Source: Malacoraja senta (lineage: Eukaryota). From it: a stretch of DNA of 64,000 nt. The position numbers and the translations under genes are program-made. The notes under the pieces are model-generated. The model was not told where the DNA came from. It ran no database searches and saw only the letters and a list, made by a program, of their open reading frames with translations. Positions within the stretch are counted from its first letter, which is position 1. Every line of letters starts with the position of its first letter. This document shows, one piece after another, positions 24,111 through 37,342 of the stretch. The stretch covers positions 4,342,001 through 4,406,000 of the forward strand of contig CM075995.1 in NCBI GenBank assembly GCA_038087875.1, written 5' to 3'.

Positions 24111-24998
24111 CCAGTTCTCCAATCTAATACGAATTGGTTCAATGAGCAATGTAATGAACATTATATCTAGACAATGTAATGCATTGTCTAGCCATTGTCT
24201 AGGCAAAGTATTGAATAATATATTATCTAGACTGTAACAAAGTGTGAAAAAAACATTTGTTTTCTGCTGCACGTGCACATTCTCCTCTGGGGCAACAGAA
24301 TGGAGATGTGGTCCCTGTTACACTTCAGTTCATCACATGGACAATGTTGTGGCAGGACTTTTGGATAAATTCTGTTATTGGTTTATCAAACTACTGGCTT
24401 AACAGGCAGATGGAACAGGTAACCAGATCTCACACCGGGAAGGATTAAACATGGGCCAGAATACAAGAGCATGAGTGTTTTTTAAAATAAAATCTGGACA
24501 CTTAAAGCTGACTGCTCGTGGATCTCAGTGAATGGATGCAACCATTCTTGCCTGGGTGTAAAGTTTTGTGTTGGTGCCAACCCAATACATAGCCGCAAGC
24601 CATGTTTAGTTTAGTTTAGTTTAGTTTAGTTTAGTTTAGTTCAGAGATACAGCACGGAAACTGGCCCTTCGGCTCACAGAGTCCGCGCCGACCAGCGATC
24701 CCCGCACACTAACACTATCCTGCACACTAGGGACAATTCACAGTCAATGAACCTACAAACTTGTACAACTTTGGAGTGTGGGGTGAAACCGGAGCACCCG
24801 GAAAAAAACCCACGCAGGTCACCGGGAGAACGTACAAAATCCATACAGACGGTTGTCAGGATCGAACCCGGGTCTCTGGCGCTGTAAGGCAGATACTCCA
24901 CTGTCCTGTCCCAGCATGAAAGGTCAATTCACCTGGTTACATATTTGATTCATCATTATGCATGTGTATATCCACAGCTGTCTGAGTTCTGTACTCAC

Positions 24999-25075
24999 CA
25001 AATAATGCATGGCTCTTGTGTAAACTTCCGAAATCTTGCTGATGCTATTATCCGACTGTGGGCAACAGGCCTGAT
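24999..25075 (-). CDS. DCDC2: DCDC2 internal coding exon (77 bp; inter-DCX linker)
   Basis: Manual translation IRPVAHSRIIASARFRKFTQEPCII (human, recalled: VKPVIHSRINVSARFRKPLQEPCTI). Polypyrimidine-ttccAG acceptor and TG|GTGAGT donor; phase 0/2. Confidence 0.9.
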
Positions 25076-26538
25076 CTGGAAGAAAAAGAAAATATCGGTC
25101 ATATCTCTTGTACCAGTGAGTCACGACTTTCATTTGAAGTCCAAGACAGCCTTATCATCAAACCCTCCAATTACAACAGTACAACATATCCATGTTAAAG
25201 CATTACCCGTTGAAAAGCAACTGCACAATAAATAGATTCGAAGCTAACAATGCATTCTCTCAGCAGCTGAGATCTGCATGCTATATTCTAAGAAATTTCC
25301 TACTATAACTGACAATCGCTGGCAGGAGAGGGCTGTGTGTGGGAGAGGAGGAGGAGGTGAGAAAAATTGCGTTAATGATGTGGAACATAAATCACATAGC
25401 TAAATAGATGTCTCCCTAGTAAGCCTCGTAAGTACGATGACAAAACTGGAGCACCCAGAGAAAACCCATGAGGTCTCAAAATACAAAATGAGCTTAAAAA
25501 AATACAAAACCACGAGCTTGAAGAATTTCACCGACTCTTCAATCATCCTCCCATCAACTGCGGCACGGTGGAGCAGCAGTAGATTTGCTGCCTTACAGTG
25601 CCAGAGTCCCGGGTTCGATCCTGACTACAGGTTCTCTCTGTCTGCAGTTTGTATGTTCTCCGTGTGACCGTGTGGCTTTTCTCCAGGTGCTCCGGTTCCC
25701 TCCCACACGCCACAGGTTTGTAGGCTTCTGTAAACATTGTAAATTGCCCCCAGTGTGTAGGATAGCGCAAGTTTACGGAGTGATCCCTGGTCGGCGCGGA
25801 CTCAGTGGACCGTAGGGGCCTGTTACCAGGCTGTATCTCAACACCACGTTCAAAGTTAATCCCTCACACAACCCACACATATATTAAGAAACACCATCGC
25901 AACGCACACTCTCCACAAAATACAGATAAATCCTATTAAAAAGTACGCAAAGCGCTGGGGTAACTCAGCAGGTCAGGCAGCATTTCTGGTGAACATGGAT
26001 AGTTGATGTTTCGGGTCGGGACCCTTCTTGGTATTTATGACCCTTCTTCAGACACTCTGAAGATGCTGCCTGACCCACTGAGCTAATCCAGCACTTTATG
26101 TCCTTTTGGGTAACTGCAACTGCAGTTCTATCTCAAATCGGTCTTTATCTTGCACAGAACGTTATATCCTTTATCCTGTATCTGTACGCTGTGGACGGCT
26201 TGATTGTAACCATGTACTGTCTTTTCGCTGACTGGATAGCATGCAACAAAAAGGCTTTTCACTGTACCTCGGTACATGTGACAATAATATACTGCACGAA
26301 AACTAAAACTTTTCTACATTAAAAGTTTCAATATCTGTATAAATGCAGGGAAGAGTGAAATGAGGACTGCTCCATGTATCCCATAAATAGGTGGCATAGG
26401 TTGTCATGTATTTCTCACCTATCCACGTTCACCAGAGATGCTGCCTGACCTGTCGAGTTACTCCAGCACTTTGTATCCTTTTGGGTAAACCAGCATCAGT
26501 GATTCCTTGTTTCTACTATATATAATTATATATACTCT

Positions 26539-29500
26539 ATTTTACTTCGGAGTCACGTGAGTGATTCCGTGAAGAAGCTCGCCAGTGCGCATGCGCGTCA
26601 TTACGTCTAGCGCATTGCGCAACGACTGACTGGCAGGCGTGCTGCTCCTTCCAGCGGTAAGTTTAAACCTGCAGGTAAGTTTTACAACTTATTTCCAGGT
26701 TTTGTTTTTTGTCTTGCAGGAAGCTCTGTTATGGAGTTTGCCTGCTGGATTCAATTTCGGGGCGAAGTCTGGACGGGCCGCGGGGAAACCGGCTATGGAC
26801 TGTGGGGAGATCCCGGTTCGGACCGCGGAAGCGCGGGTAGCCGGCGGCCGTTGGGTTCGCTACCTAAGTCGCTGACAATGGGGTCAGCGGCTCCCAGACC
26901 GCTATGGTGCCCCAGAAAGGGGGTAAAACCAGGAGGAAGTCGGTCAGACCTTTGGACTCGGAAGAGTCAGGCCAGGAGGGTTCCCCTCCTTCAATGGGTA
27001 GCGTCTGCGGACGTCTAAACCCACATGGAGCACCTGATCGAGAGGTTGCTCCACAATGATACTCCAAAGGAGGGAGTTATCAGCGCGGGTCTCCTCGGGG
27101 GCCCGTGGCAGCGGCACCTGTTTCAGGTCTGCACAATGTCTCCCTCTCTGAGGAGGGAAGCATTCGGGGTCAGTTTCTGTCCGACTCAGAGCAAAAATTC
27201 TGATATAGGTCCGTAGGAGGAGCCGCATCAGCGCAGGTATCCTCAGGGGCCTGCGGCAGCACCTGTTTCAGGGCTGCCTACGAATCTCACTCTCAGTGGA
27301 GGGGAGTGCGAGTGGTCAGTGTGTAACTGACTTCAAATTCGAAAGTATGTCCGTGGAACATACTGGAGCACATCCATATGGCTCCAAGGAAATACTCGCA
27401 AACGAAAGGGTTACTGCCGGAAGAGTTGGTTCCAGCCGTTGGCAGAAAACCCAGAAGGGGCCAGAGTTCCCCTCAAGGTACAAGTGCCGGCAGTGAACAG
27501 CGCTATCAGGGGTGACATTGGAGGCAAGAAATCCAGGAAATGAAACCAGCCGCCGAATCTTCTCTTCAGATAAGACTTATCCAACAAGTATACCTGGATG
27601 AGGAAGCAAAAGCTGTCGGACTGATCAAGGTACCAACGACGAACAAAGCCTCATCGTTTCGGCGACGACACACCCCATGCCTCATCGGCAGTAAGCAGTT
27701 CACTGAAGCTGGTGGCAGCTTGAAAGCTGGGCAGAGGTCTTTCAGGCCAAGGTCCAAGCCGGTCTCAGCAAATATGGAATCCACACACCCTACCAGTCCA
27801 ACTCTCCAATCAAGGACGGGAATAGAACCCACATCAGGGGCCTTTGGGCTCACCATAAGACCACCGGTAACCATGGAGGTAGGTGGGTCTGGTTCTTCCG
27901 AAACATGGGGTATGTGGACCATTTACAAGTTGGTAATATTTACACTTGTTTTTTGTACAAATGACAATGATAACATGAGATTCAGATCCGTTTATAAACT
28001 AAAATGATAACATGTGATTGGTTTATTTTGCACAGTATACAAGGGTTCCAAGCATGGCTTGGAATTGGGGCCAGAGTTGTATTTCGAGGCAGGCAAAGTA
28101 TTACGGCCAGGATTGCCTTCCGAGACAAGCTCGAAAATATGGCCAGCGTGGTCTTTCGAGGCAGGCTCAGAATTATGGCCGGAGTTGTCTTTCAAGGCAG
28201 GCCCAGTATTATGGCCAGAGTTGTCTTTCGAGGCAGGCTCAGTATTATGGCCAGAATTACCTTTCGAGACAGGCTCGGGAATCTGGTCAGAGTTGTCGTT
28301 CGAGGCAGGCACGGAATTATGGCAGGCGTGGCCTGTTCATTGTGAACGATGGAGGATGTTGGTTCATCCTTGATTTAACTCGCATGTACAACATAGACTT
28401 TTCAGAATATGGAACTTTGCTACTGTTAAACAACTGATTTCCATTCTCAGGGATCACTGGAGACATTTGAAATTTATCTGGATGGGGCAATGATAACAGT
28501 TAAAACGTTGCAAAATGGGCTAACTTCTGCTCCCAGGTTCTTTACCAAATTAGTAAACCGGTGCTTGGACTGCCAAAAGCTCAAAAACACTTGTTCTGGT
28601 TTACCTGGATGATATTCTAAACGCTGTATGTTGCTAAAATCAACTGTTTCAGCCGCAAACTATAATTGAGAAATTGAGGTTCCTCATCCATCCAGTTAAA
28701 TTTAAGTTGATACCAACTAGTGTTATTGATTATTGGGATTTACCTTTAATTATTAATTTGTCTGTGACTCCGCCCTGGGGCAAGAGATTGGAAACAATAG
28801 AAGCCTGTATGAAGCAGCCTTTATTCATCAAGTGTAATTGGCAATATAGCAGCTGTGTTTCAGCTGTGCAAATTGGGCCTTTGCATTATCAGAACTTACA
28901 ACGTGCAAAGTAGTAACCTCTCAGGTGCCATGTAGGTCATTGTTAACAGACCTATACTATTACCAGCTGAAGCTACCAAAGTCACAATGGTGGACGAACA
29001 GTATTCAGCATTGCTCCAGTGGTTTTGGTCACTAAATCTTCAGTTATATTACAAACTGATGCTAGTGATCAAAGATGGAAAATTATGAATGCCATCTCTA
29101 GTCACGGAGGCAGATGGGATTTGCATGAGTTACCAATTCTTCAGTTATTGGTATCAACTACCTATAGACACTATGTGCATTATATGGGTTAAAGGGTTAT
29201 TGTGCGAATATGCATAATTTGCATGCTCAATTCCAAGTTGATACACTGTGGTGGTGCCATATGTTAGTCACATGGGTGCAATCAAGTCAAAGTATCCTGT
29301 CATATTTACCTAACCTCATTTGGCGCTGGTGTATCATCACATAAAATCAATGACAACACAGAATAGATGTTGGATCACAAAGTATTTTATGACATTATGG
29401 CTCGATGGAACACCGAATATCGATATGTTTGCATCCAGGCTCATTCACCGGTTGCAAAAATATGTGGCATCACAGTGGCGAGAGATTCATTCTCGCTACA

Positions 29501-30894
29501 CAGGGGAGGAATGTTCTTTTATGTCTTTTCTCCATTTTGCCTCATCAGTCAGGTCTTGCAATAAATTCAGCAAGATCCCACTTCAGGGTTTTTCGTACTG
29601 TCTGACTGGTTCAGCCATGGTTCCCGCTTATGTTGGGAATATAATAGAACCTTATATGGTTATTCTAAACATAAAACTTTGCTGGTTCAGCCTGGGACTC
29701 AGGAAACCAGCCCCTGCATGATAAAATCAATTCATTGACTTGCAGACTCTGAGAAGACTGCTCCTGCGGTTCAGATTGTCAGACCGATCCATGTATGTGC
29801 TCACTGCAGAGTGCAGGGATAGCACCAAAAAATCAGTACATTTCCTCTTCAGGAGATGGGAAGCGTTTTGTTTAAATACTATGTTACATATAATACGGCA
29901 CGGATTACTGACGTCTTGGAGTTCATTTCAAATGGGTCCTTGACAATAAATTAAGTTATAAAGCCATTAACTGTGCCCAACGTGCCTTCTCATCATATTT
30001 GTTGTAGCGAGCGGGACCCACACTGTCGGGTCTCACCCTCTGATATTCAGTTTATAAAGAATATCTTTAACACAAGTTCTCCCAGGCCCAAGCACATGGA
30101 AGTATGGGATATTGACATTGTGTTAACACTACTTCACCAGGGTGCTCCAGCTACATCCTTATCTTTGGCCCGGCTCTCATAAGGTAGTTATCCTCAGGGT
30201 GCTGGTCTCAGCGCAACAGGTCCAGTCACTATGGACCTGTGGTCCAGTCACTAGGATGCCGCTGGACCACATCCTAGCGACTGCAGGATGGTCTAATGAA
30301 CGAGCTTTCCAAAACATTTTATAATAACCCATAGCCAGACCGGGGGTATTTGCCAACTCTATTTTAGGTTCTATTTTATAGTTCCTCCCGGATGAGAGGG
30401 GTTACTATTATTATTATTTGTTCAGTAAATAGCATCAGCATGTTTTAAATCCATGTTATGGCTGCATGCATTATCAATGTTTCCCTTATCTGTGGTCAAC
30501 TGATGCAGTTGTGTTTGTGTGGACTCGTTTCCACGGCATGAAATCAGAGCTTTGAAATCTTCACGGAATCACTCACGTGACTCCGAAGCAAAATAGTAAG
30601 ATTAAACGAGAACTTACCAGTTTGAAGTTTGATCTTTATTTTATGAGGAGTTACGATGAGCGATTACGTGCCCTCCGCTCCCAACCCTCGTATCATAAAG
30701 GTCATCTGGTAGTTCTAGTCTTCTCTAATCTTACTATGTCACTTCAACTACTGTTATCTGTGATTTCACACCGCTGCTTTGAAGATTGACGCGCATGCGC
30801 ACTGGCGGGCTTCTTCAAGTAATCGCTCATCGTAACTCCTCATAAAATAAAGATCAAACTTCAAACTGGTAAATTCTCGCTTAATCTTACTATT
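26539..30894 (+). mobile_element. DIRS1-like retrotransposon, degenerate and internally deleted (copy B)
   Basis: Same terminal/ICR design as copy A (ICR 30558-30670). Remnants: RT (GLTSAPRFFTK, VYLDDIL), RNase H (LQTDAS), methylase-like (PNIDMFASR, YVFSPFCLI) and YR ends (VSAQQVQSL; PLDHILATAGWSNERAF) with the YR middle missing. Confidence 0.92.
28061..28325. repeat. 36-bp tandem repeat, about 7 diverged copies, inside DIRS copy B
   Basis: Unit approx. GAATTATGGCCAGAGTTGTCTTTCGAGGCAGGCTCA; 12-aa periodicity in the ORF track (ELWPELSFEAGS / PASKDNSGHNTE). Confidence 0.9.
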
Positions 30895-31351
30895 AAATGC
30901 TCATTTATCTATTGAATTTTCACTGCCTGATAGATCAGCATAGTCTAAACAATTGGTGAACCACAACCATGCATGAGACAGATCACCATACAGGGAAAGA
31001 GTAAGCTTGCAGACTACATTTCGAATGGAAAAAGTCCTAAGTGTTATTCTTTGTCCAATTTTATCATCTTTCCTCTATGTACAAGGAGGTAGATCTGCAG
31101 TACTATCCATTTGCCCAAAAGTCAAGTTGCGAGATGGTGTGTTCTTTGTAACGCTTGGCGGCACAGTGGCGCAGCAGTAGAGTTGCTTCCTTACAGCGCC
31201 AGAGACCCGTGTTTGATCCTGACTACAGGTGCTGTCTGTACGGAGTTTTTTACGTTCTCCCTGTGACTTGTGTGGGTTTTCTCCGAGATCTTCGGTTTCC
31301 TTCCACACTCCAAAGACGTACAGGTTTGTAGGTTAATTGGCTTGGTATAAA

Positions 31352-31747
31352 TGAATGAATCAATCAATCAATTAATTAATTAATTGATTAATTCATTCAT
31401 TTTTTTAAATGTTGTCCAAGTATGTATACGTACAAGGAGAAATTTGCCTTGGTACTTTGCTCACAAAAGGATAAAAACACGATTTACAGCAGACAATCAA
31501 AAATAAAACATTATAATTTAAACATGTGAAAATAAAGTACCAGAGTAAAAAGAGGCTACAGACTTTTGGCTGTTGAGTAGAACTACTGCTGTTTTTATGT
31601 CTGACCCCTCTCACCCTGGCCAATAACTCTTTGACAGCCCGGAGTCTCCTCCCAGAGGGAAGTGCTTCAAAGAGTTATTGGCCAGGGTGAGAGGGGTCAG
31701 AGATGATATTACCCACTCACTTCCTGGCCCTTGCAGTGTACAGTTCG
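31352..31747 (-). mobile_element. LINE (Rex1-like) 3' fragment inserted within a SINE
   Basis: Splits the SINE at 31157-31870; simple-repeat tail at 31352-31400; contains a 35-bp perfect inverted repeat. Confidence 0.6.
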
Positions 31748-32674
31748 ATGTAAATTGTCCCTAGTGTGTGTAGGATAGTTTTAATGTGTGCAGGGATCGC
31801 TGGTCTGTGCAGACTCGGTGGGCCGAAGGGCCCGTTTCCGCACTGTATCTCGAAACTAAACTCACCTAAAAAAAACTAAACAGCCCTCAAGCCCAAGAAA
31901 GAGTTAACATAGGGTTCAATATGGAAAGAAGCATTTGGGAAAAGTAAAGTAATAGAACACATGCAATGGATTTTAGAGATGGTCCTCGAGTAAAGTGATC
32001 TTACAGTGTGCACGGCATCCAGGTGCATTTGCCCAGTATTTCCGGGCCCGATGGGTGTAAATGGTTAGATTGTAATCATATATTGTCTTTCTGCTGACTG
32101 GCTAGCACGCAACAAAAAGCTTTTCACTGTACCTCGGTACACGTGACAATAAACTAAACTGAACTCTGCCCCATGCATTGCTATTGTTCACCAATTATTT
32201 AGCCTACACTAATCCATCAGGTGGTGGAAATACAATGCAAAATGAGCATGCGTTTCTTGCTCACTATATTGGAGACTTAGGAGTGAGACGTCTATTGGTC
32301 ATTTTTTTAGGTTACAACTTCACACAGAGCAAAATGTAATAAATTAGATTTGCCATCAAATGATTGACTAACTGATGGCTAAGAAATAAGTCACGTGTTC
32401 AACCATCATTTACTGCCATCACAATGACTACATGATAACATCCAAACACTTGCTTAGAAATTACCAATTTTTGTGTTTGGATTGCAAGCTGAGAGCACTT
32501 GAATCAAATTTTTTACCTAACGAAGCATGAAGCAGAGTTCATTACTGCAAAGGCTCCAAATTGAATTAATCAATGATGGTGTACAGTCCTATCGACTAAA
32601 ATAACGCTTTATCATTATCATCAACCAGAACAATTCATCTTAAAAATAATTACAGCAATCTATGTTTCCACCCT

Positions 32675-33565
32675 CAAGTCAAGTCAAGTTTATTCGTCAC
32701 ATACACATACGAGATGTGCAGTGAAATGAAAAGGGCGATTGTGCAAAAACAAAACAACAAACAAACAAACTACAACAGAATGGAAGAATAGAATCACATA
32801 TTCTTTTACATATTAAATATTGTGGGCGGAAGGAAAAAGGGGAAAAAAAACAGGGGAAAAACAAAAAACAGCAATTTTTTTTAAACAGTAGAGTGGTCCA
32901 GTAAAGTTAGTCCCTGGTGAGATAGGTGTTTACAGGCCTCTGGGAAGAAACTCCTTCTCAACCTCTCTGTTCTCACAGCATGGTAACGGAGGCGTTTGCC
33001 TGACCGTAGCAGCTGGAACAGTCCGTTGCAGGGGTGGAAGGGGTCTCCCATGATCTTATTGCCTCTGGAGTTGCACCTCCTGATGTATAGTTCCTGCAGA
33101 GGGGCGAGTGAAGTTTCCATTGTGCGTTCGGCCGAACGCACTACTCTCTGCAGAGCCTTTTTGTCCTGGGCAGAGCAATTCCCAAACCAGATTGTAATAT
33201 TTCCGGACAAGATGCTTTCCACAGCCGCTGAGTAAAAGCACTGGAGGATCTTCGGAGACACTCTGAATTTCCTCAATTGCCTGAGGTGGTAAAGGCGCTG
33301 CCTTGCCTTACTCACCAGTGCTGCAGCGTGTGATGTCCATGTCATATCCTCAGAGATGTGGACTCCCAGGTATTTAAAACAGCTCACCCTATCCACAGTT
33401 TCCCCATTTATCCTCGTGTGTACGTTCTCGGATGATGTGCCCTCCTAAAGTCCACGATCAGCTCCTTAGTTTTTTTGATGTTCAAGAGGAGGCTGTTGTC
33501 CTGACACCAGAGTGCCAGATCAGCCACCTCCTCCCGGTAGGCCTTCTCATCGTTGTCTGAGTTAG
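32675..33565 (-). mobile_element. Rex1/Babar-like LINE 3' fragment
   Basis: ORF 32881-33396 FKYLGVHISEDMTW...KARQRLYHLRQLRKF...ERLRRSFFP; (CTTGA)n tail. Confidence 0.85.
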
Positions 33566-35839
33566 AACAGCTTGTGTATTATGAGGGAAATTGGTTGTGC
33601 TCCATGAATAAATTCTGAAATATATTGGTTTTGGGTCTTTCGTATATGCGAGAGTATTACAATTCTTTTTCAAGTTAATCTTTAAAATTCACCCACGATG
33701 GTCTTTTTTACTTGGATGAAATTAGGCTTGAATGTTGCTTTAAACCATTATATATCAATGACTGGGTGGCACGGTGGCATGGTGGTAGAGCTACTGCCTT
33801 ACAGCTCCAGAGTCCCAGGTTTGATCGTGACCGCGAGTGCTTGTCTGTACGGAGTTTGTATGTTCTCCCCATGATCTGCATGGGTTTTCTCCGAGATCTT
33901 CGGTTTCCTCCCACACTCCAAAGACGTACAGGTTTGTAGGTTAATTGTCTTGGCATGAATGTAAAATTGTCCCTAGTGTGTGTCGGGTAGTGTTAGTGTA
34001 CGGGAATCGCTGGTCGGCCTGGACTCGGATGGATCAAAGGGCCTGTTTCCACGCTGTATCTCTAAACTAAACTAAACTGTCAACTTTGACATTATTCCAA
34101 CTTTGTATGTCCCATTATTGAAATACTCCAAATGAGAACTACAATTTAAATAATAGTTCATTTATTACATTATTGTCGTGTATATCTAGATACAGAGCAA
34201 TCATTTGTTTTGCATTCATTCCAGTAAAGGCATATTATTCATAAGCACAATCATACATTAGTTAAATAGGTTAACTTTTAGTTAAATTTTTAGTGCAACT
34301 AAAAATATGAGGTCCCAAATAACTCCTGGTTACTGCAACCAGCAATTAGTTAGTCTCAACTAACTAATTTGATTCGTCAAAATAAGGACTCAGTGAGAAG
34401 TTGTACCATTTGTAGCACTCTTCTTCCATCCCCTTAACTTGCTTTGTGACTATGGATCGATGATCCACGATCTTAAAACACATCTTGCCACCACACGATT
34501 ACTCAACCTTTTTCCTACCACTTTGGCACCAATAGTATCAAAAAGGGTGGTGGGTGTATGGAGCAAGCTGCCAGAGGAGGTAATTGAAGCTGGGACTATC
34601 CCAACATTTAAGAAACAAATGGACACGTACATGGAGAGGACAAATTTGTAGGAATATGGACCAAACGCAGGCAGGTGAGACTAGTGTAGCTGGGACACGT
34701 GGGACGGTGTGGGGAAGTTGGGCCGAAGGGCCTGTTTCCACACTGCATCGCTCTATAACTCAATGAAAATGGGGTCTCCCGCATGTGTAATATGCAAAAT
34801 GAATTTCGCTGTGCAGTTGCATAGGTGATAAATAAAACACTATTGAACTACTGTTTCATTTGTGGAATAGAGCATGGCATGGATCGTTTCCCAATGTCAT
34901 CCGAATAAAAACATTTAACAAGTCTGCATCAAACTACTTATTCTTCTAATGGAACCATCTAAAGTGAGCACATTACTCCTGCACAAATTTTCTCCTGAAA
35001 ACAACTATTCTTGTTCAAATATCAAGCTCACAAAGAATTTGCACTTTGCAAATCACTGGTATTCGACACTTCGAGGATGAGATACGCCACTTGTTTTTGG
35101 AAAACTCCATTCATCGCTCAACCCGACACAAAATTTACAATTTCTATTACAAATGCTTGGTTAAAATGTATGAACTAACCTAATAAGTTGGTGAAATTTC
35201 CATTCATCAGCAAGTTTCCCCAATATGTTGAACAAGTGCTATCATAAGGTCATCAGCGATAGGAACAGAATTAGGCCATTCGGCCCATCAAGTCCACTCC
35301 ACCATTCAATCATGCCTGATCTATCTCTCCCTCCTAACCCCATTCTCCTGCCTTCTCCCCGTAACCTCCGACACCCCTAATGCCTATCAACATTAAGCAT
35401 GCCATTTACATACTAAATTGATACATTTAGATTATTATTATCAATATAACCCGCAGAATGTTTTATTTTCCATATTCCAAATAGATATTATAATATTGTT
35501 GTTGGATACATTTTGTTATGCCAGAATTTTTGACCTGTAAGTTAATTTTAAAAGGATATTTTCCAGTTTTTAATTTCTGTTGCAGAGTTTCGAGATGAAA
35601 GGCTACAAGTGCCAGTTTGCAATCACGTACATGCTTTACAATTATATTTTGAGATTAATTGGTAGCTTGGCCTTCTATTTTAATCCTAATCACCACAAAG
35701 TGAAATTACAGGGTACAGAAGCACTTCAAAGGCCAGTTCTTGAATAAAGCAGTAATTTTAAAACATCCATTTCCGCAATATATAAGAAGCCTAAACATTA
35801 ATCACAGCTATTACTGAAGTGGGTACTTTCGAGTCATAG

Positions 35840-36990
35840 TCAATAGACAATAGACAATAGACAACAGGTGCAGGAGTAGGCCATTCAGCCCTTCGAGTCA
35901 GCACCGCCATTCAATGTGATCATTGCTGATCATTCCCAATCAGTAACCCGTTCCTGCCTTTTCCCCATATCCCCATATCTTTAAGAGCCCTATCCAGCTC
36001 TCTCTTGAAAGCATCCAGAGAACCTGCCTCCACCGCCCTCTGAGGCAGAGAATTCCACACACTCACAACTCTCTGTGAGAAAAAGTGTTTCCTCGTCTCC
36101 GTTCTAAATGGCTTACCCCTTATTCTTAAACTGTGGCCCCTTGTTCTGGACTCCGCCGACATCGGGAACATGTTTCCTGCCTCCAGCGTGTCCAAACCCT
36201 TAACAATCTTATATGTTTCAATAAGATTACCTCTCATCCTTCTAAACTCCAGAGTGTACAAGCCCAGCTGCTTCATTCTCTCAGCATATGAAAGTCCTGC
36301 CATCCCAGGAATTAACCTTGTAAACCTACTCTACACTCCCTCAATAGCAAGAATGTCCTTCCTCAAATTAGGGGACCAAAACTGCACACAATACTCCAGG
36401 TGTGGTCTCACTAGGGCTCTGTACAACCGCAGAAGGAGTCATAGAGTCACAGAGCCTTACAGCATGGAAACATGCCCTTCGGCCCAACTTGCCCACACCA
36501 GCCAACATGTCCCATCTACACTTGTCCCACTTGTCTGCGTTTGCCTCGTATCCCTCCAAACCTATCCTATCCATGTACCTGTCCTAATGTTTCTTAAAGG
36601 TTGAGATAGCCCCAGCCTCAACTACCTCTTCTGGCATCTTGTTCCATTACACCCACCAACCTTTGACTGAAAAAGTTACCCCTTCAGATTCCTATTACAT
36701 CTTTCCCCCCTCAACTAAAACCTATGTTCATTTTGTTCTTGATTCCCCTACTCTGGGCAAGAGACTCTGTGTCTACCTGATCTATTCCTCTCATGATTTT
36801 ATACACCTCTATAAGATCACCCCTCATCCTTCTGCGCTCCAAGGAATAGAGTCCTTGCCTTCTCAAACTCTCCCGATAGTCCAGGCCCTCGAGTCCTGGC
36901 AACATCCTGGTAAATCTTGCCTAAACACTTTCAAGATTGACAACATCTTTCCGACAACATGGTGACCAAAACTGAACATAATAATCTAAA
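35840..36990 (-). mobile_element. Two adjacent CR1 3' fragments (different subfamilies)
   Basis: ORFs 35920-36303 and 36711-36905 are CR1 ORF2 C-termini; (CTATTGT)n tail at ~35840-35865. Confidence 0.85.
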
Positions 36991-37342
36991 GGTAGACAAA
37001 AGTGCTGGAGAAGCTCAGCGGGTGCAGCGGCATCTATGGAGCGAAGGAAATAGGCAACATTTCTGGCCGAAACCCTTCTTCAGACTGATGTAGGGTGGGG
37101 GGGGGGGCTGGAAGAAGGAAGGACGAGGAGGAGCCAAAGGGCTGAGAGGAGCTGAGAAGGGGAAGAGACAATAAGGGCTACCGGAAATTGGAGGGCAATG
37201 TTCATGCCGCTACATAATAATCTAAATATGGCCTCACCAACATCTTACAGTATATAACTGTAACATTACCTCCCAATTTTTATATTCAAAACTCTGACTG
37301 ATGAAGGTCAATGTGCCAAACGCCATCTTGACCTCCCTATCA

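Noticed and set aside
28061..28325. 36-bp repeats as a CRISPR array
   Set aside because: Units are contiguous with no unique spacers, no cas genes are present, and the context is a eukaryotic retrotransposon.
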